A stretch of DNA of 64,000 nucleotides from Takakia lepidozioides (taxonomy: Eukaryota > Plantae > Bryophyta). Both the position numbers and the translations under genes were made by a program. Position 1 is the first letter of the stretch. Every line of letters begins with the position of its first letter. Shown piece by piece: positions 38,521 through 49,332 of the stretch. The notes beneath the pieces are model-generated. The model saw only the letters and a list, made by a program, of their open reading frames with translations, searched no databases and was not told where the DNA came from. The stretch spans positions 21,824,001 through 21,888,000 of the forward strand of contig CM060734.1 in NCBI GenBank assembly GCA_030704615.1, read 5' to 3'.

Positions 38521-39993
38521 CTACTCTGTCCTATATACATTTTTTGGCTCAGGCCAATTGAATGGCTTGCCCATGAACCGAAGTACTACATGGGCTAATG
38601 TGACTCTCTTATTTTTGTTGTTGTCGTACAACCTTTGTAGCATTGAATGCCAACAACCTCCCATAAATTGGTCCTCGAACATACTTTCATCATAATAAGT
38701 GCCGCCATTTATTCGTACTGCTATATTCCCAATGGCAAATGCCTCCGACGTCATGTCCTGGGGGGGGGGGGGGGGGGGGGGGGTGACATTCGCATTGAAA
38801 ACCGATGTAATATATTTTTCCATCCACCATCTTTTCGCGAGTTCCCGGTCCAGCTTGTCTGGGTTTTCAAATTGGTACGACGAGGCTTTGTGTATGCCCA
38901 ATGGGGTGGCTAAGCCCTAATCACACACCCCAATCTTGATTTCATCGGTGCCATCTGGAAAATGCAACAAGATGTTGTTGAGGAACAAGTCGTTGTGCAT
39001 GACACTGTTCTTGTGGACAGCATCCATGATGCACACCAGTGCCCAGGCAAGTTTACTGTGCACTTTCCGGAAACGAAGCAAACGATCGCATTCCTGGAAC
39101 TTTGCTTCCGTTCCTCTTTATTCCAAAATCACCCTATTGTCCGAATCGTTGCCCCATTTTCTGTCAAGGTTCATCATGTCACGTATTGTCCCCCCATTCC
39201 ACTAGCGAGTGTAACCCTCTACCTCACGTGCATTCACAGCAAAATATGAGATAACACCCGGATGCTGGAACTCCACTGCCAAACACTCGTCGTTATGTTG
39301 TCTCAATGCATTTTTTGGATTTTTGGACTTGGGTTTTTTTCCCGCTAGCTCCCAACGCTCCGATATTCTAGAATCACCAATAATCCTACACTGATGGACC
39401 TTAGCATACCCTCATTCTTTGTAAGGGCCAATCTCTACCACCTTCGCACTAAAGTTCAGGTAATAAAGACCAATTGTGCCTCCCCCGCCCGATGACCCCG
39501 CCTTCCAAGGGACAACCTTAATCCAGCGATGTGAATTTTGACTTGTCGAGCAAGCCCAATACTCGACATGTCGCATTAACTCAGCTTTGGCGGAGGGCAC
39601 TTGACCCTCGGTTGTTCTACCCTTCCATGTCTTCATTAGCTGCCTTAAATTCCACGTGACGTCTTTCGCCCTGCTTTGGATCCACCGATTGAACTTCGGC
39701 TTGTCCCTGTCCGCCGTCCACTTAACCCCCGCCAAAGCGTTCGTCATTTTCCTCTCCATATTCTGCTGGAAAATCTGAAACCCCTCCCATCCATGCCTGA
39801 CATAAGCACTCTCCAGCCTCATCATGTCTCTACCCTTGAAATGATCCACCACCACTTCTTTCACCCTATCCAAGGCATCTGGTCCCGGTTAATCTGGCTT
39901 GTTGACCTGACTATCCTGCTCGTGGGCACGTTTTCTCTTCCTCCGACCCCCATACGACCCCGCCCCACAACTTGAATCCACAACCCCCGACAT
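38521..39993 (-). pseudogene. Atypical protein kinase pseudogene
   Basis: One frame read through stops: KE*GYAKV (Gly loop), LAGKK, NDECLA, HPGVI, WNGGTI, MHNDLFLNNILL (catalytic loop), GVCD*GLA (DWG), SEAFAIG. Confidence 0.82.
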
Positions 39994-40339
39994 TGTATAA
40001 ACCTTTGCCCACTACAGGGAACAAAACCTCAGAAAACGGTAATAGACGCGTGTGGATGGTGTCTTCGTAGTTTCTGCAAAAAAACAGGCCACAGGAGATC
40101 CGAAAACAGCAAAATGGTGATACGATGATTGGACCGTGAACAAGGGTGTGGGACTGACCAATACAAAACCGACAACCGCCCCCCCCCTAAATAATCACCT
40201 TTGCACCTTCCGTTGGTAGTGCTAAGCAACGAAGTCCGAGAGGACTATAGGATGCCAAGGAACCGCACCACGAAAGGGGCAAAAGTGATCAGAAAAGGAA
40301 GGGGGAATGGTTTATATAGGCGCGCACCAGCCCCCCAAG

Positions 40340-40950
40340 TCGCTTCATTTTTTTTAAATATATTGAGTAAGCGACCGCCAAACGGCGGTCGCTTAATTTA
40401 AGAATCAAAATCAAATCAAGCGACCGCCGCCAAATGGCGGTCGCTGTATTGTTTATTAACAAAAATAGCGACTGTCGCTGCATTTTTCAAAAATTTACTA
40501 AAGAAACGACCGCCAAACGGCGGTCGCTATTATTAAAAATAAAAATAAAAATAAGCGACCGCTAATGGCAGTTGCTAATTTTAAAAAAAAAACTAAAACG
40601 ACAGCCACATGGCGGTCGTTGTATTTTTGCAAAATATATTAAAGATATAATAATAATAATATAATAAAGTGCGAGCAACCGCCAATCTAGACGGTCGCTT
40701 CATTTAAAACATAATAAACTTCAACCGACCGCCAATATATGCGGTCGCTTATTTTAAAATATAATAAAATACAAGTGACTGCCAATATGGGCGGTCACTT
40801 CATTTAAAAATTAATAAATTACCGGCGACCGCCAATATAGGCGGTCGCTTAATTTAGCAAAATATTAAATTACAAGCGACCGCCAATATGGGCGGTCGCT
40901 TCATTTAAAAAATAATAAATTATATGCGATCGTCAATATAGGCGGACGCA
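40340..40950. repeat. Array of ~12 GCGACCGCC-N-GGCGGTCGC palindromes, ~50-bp period, A-rich linkers
   Basis: Copies at ~40371, 40420, 40468, 40506, 40555, 40598, 40674, 40726, 40775, 40825, 40876, 40926. Confidence 0.92.
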
Positions 40951-41161
40951 TTTTTCAAAAGGAATTAATAAATATTAATAATTAGCCACGTCTGTTTTAC
41001 ACCGTGGCTGCCATGTCATTAGAAAGGGTAGAAGTAAATCGTAAAAATCAAATGTAAAAAAAATTACATGGGTAAACGTCCGGATTCGACGTGACGTGAC
41101 GCACGTCGGACATGACGGCCGACGTGTCAGCGCCATGTCACGGTCAGGAATGATAACTAGG

Positions 41162-41795
41162 CTTGAAATCTTGATATTGAGTGGGTAATGTTGAAGTACT
41201 TTTGTCTGTTGTGGTCTTGATTGGAGTCGCATAAAGTGCAAATGCTGCATCTTTTTTGGTAGCTCTCATGCAAGCTCTAGCTCCAAGGAACAGGGGTTGA
41301 ATACCTTTGATATTTCTACATTTTTGTCTTGCAGAATTTTTTCACGATCGCTAGTCGATGTCAGGATTGTGAAGTACAAACCAGGGAAGTCCAAGGATCA
41401 CAGGATTCGTTGGAGACTGGATGACGTTAAGAATAATATATGATGCTTGATCTTTAAGCTTCACTTCAAGTAGTCGAGTTTCATGGTCGATATTTTTTGA
41501 TGCTAACGGTCGTCCATCGATGACTTCAACGGGGGCCGAGAGTTTCTTCTTTACGAGTGTTAAATTGTGTTGCTTCGTAAAGTTTTTGTCAATAAAACAT
41601 GCTAAAGCCCCTAAATCCAAAAGTGCTTCTACAGAGATATCTTGATTTTGCACTCTGATTTTTACCGGAACTGTGAAGCAAGGTGCAAGGTCTGGAGATA
41701 GAAAGAGACATTTTTTTGGTGAGGAATTTGTGGTGTCCAGCCGCATGGTCCCTACTGTGACTGGATATCTTCGTTTTCCGACCTCCAATTCAGTC
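41162..41795 (-). mobile_element. Gag end and aspartic protease of the Tcn1-like Gypsy element
   Basis: VEALLDLGALACFID, VEVIDGRPL, VILGLPWFVLHNPDID; gag stop SENEDIQSQ*. Confidence 0.88.
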
Positions 41796-42863
41796 AACCA
41801 GCTAACTTGCAGAATTCAACATGAAAATTTAGGGCCGATTCTGATAAGAGGGAAACACAGGGTGAAATGTGTTGAAGAATGTGCATTGATTAGTAGTGCC
41901 TAATTTTATCAATTGTGTCGCTGCTGCTGCGGCTTCCAGTTGACCATCTACCTATGCAGGTTTCTTGTAGCTATCCTTCCCCAGTGAATCATAGATAATC
42001 TGGAGCTTGAAATCTGGCCATCTTGGATGAATCTGGACCCACACTCTGTCCCTGGTCCTTCAGCTATCCATGCCTCTGCACAGATCATGCATACATCTTT
42101 GCCTTGCTGCTAGCAGCTGACAATGACAGCCTAGAATTGTTCCAGCAAACACCCCAACCCTACTTATCACACTAGTTCATATGCTGACTTGCATCTGCTT
42201 CCAACAGACATTCACTTTTTTGCCTCGATTGTTCCACCATTGACTGGGGTCGGAAACGCATTCATTCCAGAGCTTCTCCTCGTCTCTGTTATCTATTTTT
42301 CGATTCTCTCCTGTTGCCACATTGGCAGTAACATGTCAAAATCACTCCAAAACCACCATAGATCCACCAACGAGCTAACTTTATGATAACAGGGAAAAAC
42401 AAGCTGAAATGTGTTGAAGAAGGTGCCTTCATTAGCAGTGCCTTGTTCTATCATTTGCGCTGCTGCCGCTGCTGTTTTCAGTTGACCATCTACCCACGCA
42501 GATTTCTTGTAGCTATTGATCCACATGGAATCAAAAGTAATCTTCCGTTTGAAATCCGGCCCTCTTGGATGAAGCTGGACCTCTATCCCTGGTCCTTCAG
42601 CTATCTGCCTGTGTACAGATCATAAATATATCTCAGCCTTGCTGCTAGCAGCTGACATTGACGGCATGAAGTTCTTCCAGCAAACATCCCAACCTTACTT
42701 ATTGCAGTAGTTCCAATTCTGAATTGCATCTGTTTCTCTCTGTAATCCAACAGACATTCACCTTCTTGTCTCCATTGTCCCACCATTCACTGGGATCGAA
42801 AAAGTGTTCATTCCAAAGCTTCTCCTCATCTCTGTTGTCTGTTTTTTGATACTTTCATGCTAC
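41796..42863 (-). repeat. Two ~550-bp diverged tandem units of the Gypsy insertion-site sequence; a third unit lies at ~31650-31863
   Basis: AACGAGCTAACT...GAAATGTGTTGAAGA blocks at ~41796 and ~42370 match the reverse complement of 31700-31863. Confidence 0.75.
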
Positions 42864-44452
42864 TATCACGGACATAGCCCAGAAGAACTTACCAGGAATA
42901 AATACCAGAAATTACCAAGTTACCATGATTTACCGTGATTTATCATGATCTATCATGATTTACCATAAGTTGTCATTAGCTACCAAATTACTGAGAGTTT
43001 ATCAAATTACCGAGAGTAACTTGGGAAACTGCTTTGGAAGCTTCCTTTGGAGGAAACTTCTCCATCAAGATACGTCTTTTGTTTTAGGAAAACTTCTCCA
43101 TTAAGAAACCTCCATTGGGAAAGCTTCTGAGGGAACTTCCTAGTAGCAAGTATATATATGAAGCAAGACTGAACACTATTCAGTCTCGCCAACACAAGTT
43201 CAAGCTACTCTTGTTTCCAGTCCCAGTACTCCAGTCTAGCTTCTAGTACTCTAGTCCAGTTTCTAATATCCGGTATTCCAGTCCAGTTTCCAGTACTTCA
43301 GTATTCAAGTTGAGTTCCAGTATCTTGTACTCTTGTCCATTGTTATAAAGATCATCTTGATTCATGTTTACCCATCATGCATTCGGCCATGCCGACCTTG
43401 ACTTCATGTCTAGTCTTGTACTTCTAGTCTGATCTCTTGTTTGTGTTCAGTCATGTTCTCGTCCTTGACAGTTTGACGAGACTAAAGTTTGTTCTTTAGT
43501 TAGTTAAGATGGAAGACACATTTGCGGAAATGGTCGCCACCTTGTAGAGTCTTCAGCTTCAGATGCAAGAACTTTGTACTTCTATCGCCCAATTACAAGC
43601 TGCCCAGTCTCAAGATCTTGGCAACGTTCTCCACAATTTGCAACAACAAATTTCAGAGTTAAAGGAGTCGAACAATGGATCTTCAACCATACGAGTCCCT
43701 ACTGCAACAGCTCTTATTGCAACAGCTCATATGCAACGGTTCCTCCTCAACAGATTACGAGAGAACCAAAGATTAGCATGCCCGAGAAATTTGATGGGAC
43801 GATATCAAGATTTCGCGGTTTTGTTCAACAAGTACGATTTTCCTACGACTACATCCACAACGCTACCCCGATGAAGGTATTCAAGTGGGATTCGTGGGCA
43901 CCCTTCTATCAGACACTGCCCTATCTTGGTTTGCACCGCTATTTAAAAAAAAATCGCATTTACTCTACAATTTTGAAGCGTTCATGTCCGAGTTCACTGC
44001 AACGTTTAGAAAGAATGATAGAGAAAGAGTTGCAGAGACAAAGATGCGAAATCTTCGACAAGGAGCATGTCCTGTTTTCGTTTATACTGCCGAATTTCGA
44101 CAACTTGCATGCGACCTCGACTGGAGTGAGAAGAGTCTCATTAGTCAGTTTCGATGTGGGCTAAAAGAGGATGTAAAAAATTTGTTGCTGACAATGTCAA
44201 ACGTGAGTACACTGAGCAAATTCATCACCCAAGTCATTGCATGCGATAATCATTTGTTCGAAAGATGTCAAGAGAAGCGATCTGGATGGTCGATGACACA
44301 TCATGCCGCTGCTACTACGGCACCAAACACAACGATCTATCAGACATCCGGTAGTGATCCTATGCAGATTGATGCTGTCCGATTCAAGCCATTGACGCCA
44401 CAAGAAAAACAAAGACGACGCTCGAATGGATTATGCATCTATTGCGGAGAAT
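42864..44452 (+). mobile_element. 5' LTR (42864-43470) and gag of the Tcn1-like Gypsy element
   Basis: LTR T(A)TCACGGAC...GTCCTTGACA; gag REPKISMPEKFDGT, LRQG, QFRCGLKEDVK, PMQID, GLCIYCGE (truncated knuckle). Confidence 0.9.
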
Positions 44453-44572
44453 ATCGAACACTTGAGTTGCGCCCCGAGCTTTGAATCTTTTCTTGTTGGG
44501 GGCAGTTTAATGTTATGTGATCTGATAGTTTGGAGTTATTTTTCTGAATGATGGGACAACCGAGGCAAAAAG

Positions 44573-44838
44573 GTGAATGCCTGTCAGATTCCAGATGTCA
44601 TTCTGAACATTGCCCTGGTGGACATGTATGCCAAATGTGGGGGGATGAGGATGCAAAGGGAGTGTTCAACACTAAGGCTGAACGAGATGTGGTGTCGTGG
44701 AGTGCGATGCTTGCAGGGTATGCACAGCAGGGGCACGAGATGGAGGATTTGGAGACCTATGAGCAAATGATGGGGGAAGGGATGAAGTCCGACCACATAA
44801 CGTTTGTGTATGTGTGCGTAAGATTGCAGGAGGTTTGA
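44573..44838 (+). pseudogene. PPR gene fragment
   Basis: PDVILNIALVDMYAKCGG then RDVVSWSAMLAGYAQQG...SDHITFV across a frameshift. Confidence 0.8.
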
Positions 44839-46355
44839 AGAACATTTTCAATGTCTCAGGTGTACTTCAGCTGGCAATTACATTCCAGAGAAGCATCTTC
44901 TATGGAGGGGGCATTCACCCCGCGCTTTGAGATGACCCCTGGTTTCTCGCAAATGAGCAATAGAATTGGAGGGCGTCTCTATAGAAATAGAGAAGGAGTA
45001 CACTCTCTGTATGTTTGGCATTTAAATTCCTGTCTTCCAACTCTGAAGGTTAGGGTTTGTGATTATTCGAAGAAAAGGCCATGGGACTTGGTGAGTGCAT
45101 GTTACACCAGAGCTCTAACTGCATTTGAGTGTCATTTCCGGAATCAAGATGAGAATAGTTGAAGTTGTCTTGGGCCAGGTCTTTTTCTGTCCTCAAACTG
45201 ATCCGGGGGTAAAGTAAGTCCAACCCATCTCTCATGCTCTAAATTTCTGACATGCTCTGGGACATTTGCTGCATGACATATCTAGATGGTGGGCCTTGGT
45301 TTTTTGGTATTGATATAAGGGCCTGCACAGACATCATGCTAGAGTACACTATAACCCCTTCTCCCTTCACTTTGCCTCATGTAGGTGATCCACGAAGCTG
45401 ACTAAGGAGGGGAGAGAGAGAGAGAGAGAGAGAGAGGATCATAGAAGCCTACCCTGTGTTTAAATTTCAGTCTAGTGCCGTCTGTTTAAGAGCATCTGGG
45501 GAGTACAGCTGAACCATGATGTTGACATCACAGATCCCAACTTTATGTTAGAAAGCTGCCTGTCTGCAGGTCTCTCAAGAGAGGCAGCTGAAGCTTACTT
45601 GGAGTCAACCAAGGATGCAAACATTAAATTACACCTCAAGGCGAGTGCTCAGTCCATTGCTGAAGTGACTAATGAGGTTTAGATACCTGGACTTAGGGTG
45701 TCAGCTTGGCTCGGGCCACCCCTGGATTGAACTTGGATGAATAGAAATTGTGAGGAAATATATGGGCAGTACTTGTGAAAGTGCAGTGAGTAATCTCAAT
45801 CACAGCCCGCTGCCACAGTTGATGTGTGGTGATCTTGCAACTAAGGTAATTGCTCGTTGTGCAAATTTTCCCCTGTGTCTTGTCTATTGGCTTTCCTTGC
45901 CTTTTCTTGATTTAAACCTGCAAAAGAAGGCTACAGAACATCAGCTTTTGAAACAGATTTGTGATCATTCTGCTTGGAAGGCTTTTGAACGGTTTCTTAA
46001 CCAATTGAGCAAGCCCTGCACAACAGATTCTTGATTGCACAATCATGTTTTCCTTATATTCACGTATGAATGGACAAAGGTGTCCACCTTTCTACCGGAA
46101 TGCAGTAGCCCTTCTGTGTCAAGTGACACCATAAGTTACGCTTGCTTCGGCAACACGTCCACCTTCCTTTCCTTTTATGAATGGACTGTACAGTGTTGGC
46201 ATTGACCCTTGCAGCCATGGTCTACGTGCAACAGAGATGGAAGGGTTTGCTTGTGGTACAAACCCGAAAGCTTGTACGATAGATTGCCTGCAATGAATCT
46301 GGAGTATCCTCGTAGCGTACAATTTGACGTGAAAAGACCTGTTTTCGGCTAACAG

Positions 46356-46405
<50 letters not shown>
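46356..46405. repeat. Poly-A tract, ~50 nt
   Basis: Direct reading. Confidence 0.9.
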
Positions 46406-46409
<4 letters not shown>

Positions 46410-47019
46410 GCATTCTTATGGGGTTGGAGCGAGGAGAGCTCATAGAACAAAGTACCTTCAACTTTGAAGAGAAATATCAATATCAGTATCGGTATTTTTT
46501 ATCAAGACAAAGATTTTGTTCATCAAGCCAATTATGTTTATGTAGACAACTGTTTTTTCTTAAGAACGTATCTTCGGATATATACTCGTTATCAATTACA
46601 TCAAAATGCTAATGTCCACGGTAAACAAAAAAAACCTTGGGAATGCGGGTAATTTCAATTTTCATATAATATAAAAAACAAAATGTTAATGCTTTAGATA
46701 AAGACAAATATAGAATGAATGCCCGAACAAATATGCATTAAATAAAAACAACCAAGTTTTTTGTGAAACCGTGACATTAAATGAAAAAATCCAAACTATT
46801 TGAAATCTAAACCAATTGAAATTGAAAAATATATCATATAAACAACATCCATAATCCAAATCTGCTTGCCATTGTATCAAAACGAGCCCCACAATCATTA
46901 CACCAGTCAAATGAATATGGAATAAAACAAATGCATGGTTACATCCAAGCCCTGCCCTAACATAATTATGAATTGATTGTGAAATGATTGACATATGCGT
47001 TGGGAGTTTAAATGCTAGA

Positions 47020-47726
47020 GAGATGACTCTGGCCGAAGCCGGCGTAACTAAGAGCCACTTTGCCTCGCGCCTAATGCCCCCTTTTGGGGGTGGGCCCTAC
47101 GAAACTAGAGGGTGCCGGGGGGGACACCCAGCAACCGAAGGAGAAAGGGTACCCCGGGGTACCTAAGAGATAGCGGATAGACTGGATTCAAGCTGCCTTT
47201 TGTTAGTGATAATAGCAGTGAGAGAGCGTATCGCCGTCAGATGGATTGCTTTAAAACATTTGTGTATGGGGGAGAAAGGGATTTTGAGGTTTTCGTGAAG
47301 AGCAGAGATGTTGGCATTGTGGATGCTGCCTCTGGTGCTGGCGGTAATGACAGTTAGGGGGCATGTGGACCAGCCACGCCGGCGTAGTGTGAGGATGAGC
47401 GGGGCGTATTTTTGACGTTTTTCTAGAGTGGAAGAGCTGGGGTAGCGGTCATTACAGTATGTGAATTCGATAAAGTGAATGGTGAGGTTTGGGGATGGGG
47501 TGCTAGGCGGTGGTGCATTTATGGGCAGCCCATGCATTAGTAGAATGTTCGGACAGAGTCAGGCGGGGCATGTACAGGATGGGGATGATCGGCAAGAGGA
47601 TGGCAGTAGCCATGACGGTACAGTGTGGTCAGGGGGCCTGCCCTGGTAGGTTCCAGCATTGATGAGTGAGAACCAGTGTGTTTCATGACGTCGTAAGAGA
47701 AGTTTATGGATGTGCCAGACGACATG
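47020..47726 (-). mobile_element. 5'-truncated non-LTR retrotransposon with a C-terminal restriction-like endonuclease
   Basis: 14-bp TSD GTTTAAATGCTAGA (47006-19, 47727-40); frame reads PA*LCPNILL (decayed RPDIL)...IHFIEFTYCND...EKRQKYAPL. Confidence 0.85.
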
Positions 47727-47779
47727 GTTTAAATGCTAGATAAATTGGTTTGTGGTTGGTCCAAGATTTTCTTTTTGTT

Positions 47780-48180
47780 CAATACTATAGCATAACTGGA
47801 CACTCAACATGAGTTATCTCCTTCTGCTATTGTGTGATTTGAATCACTACTAACTTAAGCTAACTAAACAAAATTATATAAGATAAGCTATGCTATTCTA
47901 GTACTCTGTCTTGAGTAACTGCTAACTGAAGCTAAATTAAGCTAACTAAACAAAATTATCTGAAATAATTATAGCATAGCTGCATGGTCAACTTGAGTTA
48001 TTTTCAACTGCTATTTTCGGTACTTTGACCTAAATAATTACTAATTTAAGCTAACTAGCAAAATTACTTGAAACAACTACAACATAACTACATGGTCAAC
48101 TTTAATTATCTCCAGCTGCTATTTTGGTACTCTAACTTGATGTACTGCTAATTGAAGCTAATTTAAGTTAACTGAGGGTT
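47780..48180. repeat. Degenerate AT-rich tandem repeat (~3 units)
   Basis: Recurrent AGCATAACT..GGTCAAC..TTATCTCC..CTGCTATT and AAGCTAACTAAACAAAATTA. Confidence 0.6.
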
Positions 48181-48222
48181 TTCACTGTTGTTATGAGTGG
48201 GATGGGTAAGTAGTGACTAGCC

Positions 48223-48908
48223 TGTCGTGCGCATATATATCGCTACACAACTACATCGCTGTCCAAAACCACACAACACATGTGCACGCCACACACTAGT
48301 ATACCACTAGTCCACCACTAGTCCAACCACTAGTCCAACCACTAGGCTCCAACTAGTCAGTCAGTAGGCTGCCACTATGCTGCCCACTATGGCAGTCACT
48401 AGTCCACACAATAATAAAGAAAGAAGAATACAAGCACGAGCTCACAAAGCTGAAGCATAAACTCATGCATATATAACCTCATCACTCAAATACAAGTCAA
48501 GCCAAGTGCACCCCACACCATGGGGAATCCACACTACGGCGCCATAGCTAGGCGCGGTGAGGCTCAACTCAAGAAAGATGAGCCTCCCGCGCTTGCCGTG
48601 AAGATAACCACTCCAGGGCCTAAATCTGCCTTGACCCCTGGATTGACACTTGGGCCAATCCCAAATGCCAATATGTAAAAGCTAGCTATTTTCTAGCTAG
48701 TTTCACACTAGTGGTAAAATAACTTGACAGCCGTCGTGCGCATACATATCGCTACACAACTACATCGTTGTCCAAAACCACACATCACATGTGCACTCCA
48801 CACACTAGTATACCACTAGTCCACCACTAGTCCAACCACTAGGCTACAACTACTCAGTCACTAGGCTGCCACTATGCTGCCCACTATGGCAGTCACTAGT
48901 CCACATAA
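48223..48908 (-). mobile_element. Solo LTR (48223-48729) plus an adjacent partial second copy (48732-48908)
   Basis: Minus strand TGTCAAG...GCGCACGACA with TATA; the 3' ~56 bp match 8475-8530. Confidence 0.75.
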
Positions 48909-49332
48909 TCGCCCCCCTAGCTGGTGCTTAGGTCCCTCTAAGTCCAGGTAGCCACAAGATGTGATAGTGACCATAGCCTCACTAAGTCCTCCACCACTGT
49001 CCCTACTACACTCAAACTCGATAGATCAAGAGGCCGGGTGCAAGAGTTGCCCCATTATTAGTCGCCGTCTTGCAACCTGTGAACTTGAGCCTGAGATCTC
49101 GTGTATTGACTCCTATGAGCTCGGCCTCCTATGTCTTGTTAGCTGCCTCTAGTCATGTCCATTGTCACTATCCCAAGCAGTGTGGACATAACCAATCTCC
49201 ATCAGGAACCCTCTCAAGAGGTGGTGTCAAGCATCCCATATGCCAACCTCTTGAGCATCGATCACACACCAGTATAGTGGCTGTCCCTTTGGCAGACCCA
49301 CAGAGCATGCACCTCAAACCTGCAGGTACCAC

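Larger units (their letters stand above)
32500..41160. mobile_element. Large insertion inside the Gypsy element; putative cargo-carrying DNA transposon, ends approximate
   Basis: Interrupts Gypsy pol right after TLPTQYQDFK (~41162); palindrome arrays near both ends; carries RING and kinase pseudogenes; no transposase seen. Confidence 0.55.

Noticed and set aside
40340-40950. CRISPR-like or REP-like array
   Set aside because: Linkers are low-complexity A/T tracts and mutually similar; better explained as transposon subterminal repeats.
45570-45850. Possible host exons (GLSREAAEAYLESTKDANIKLHLK)
   Set aside because: Too short to assign; no coherent gene model.
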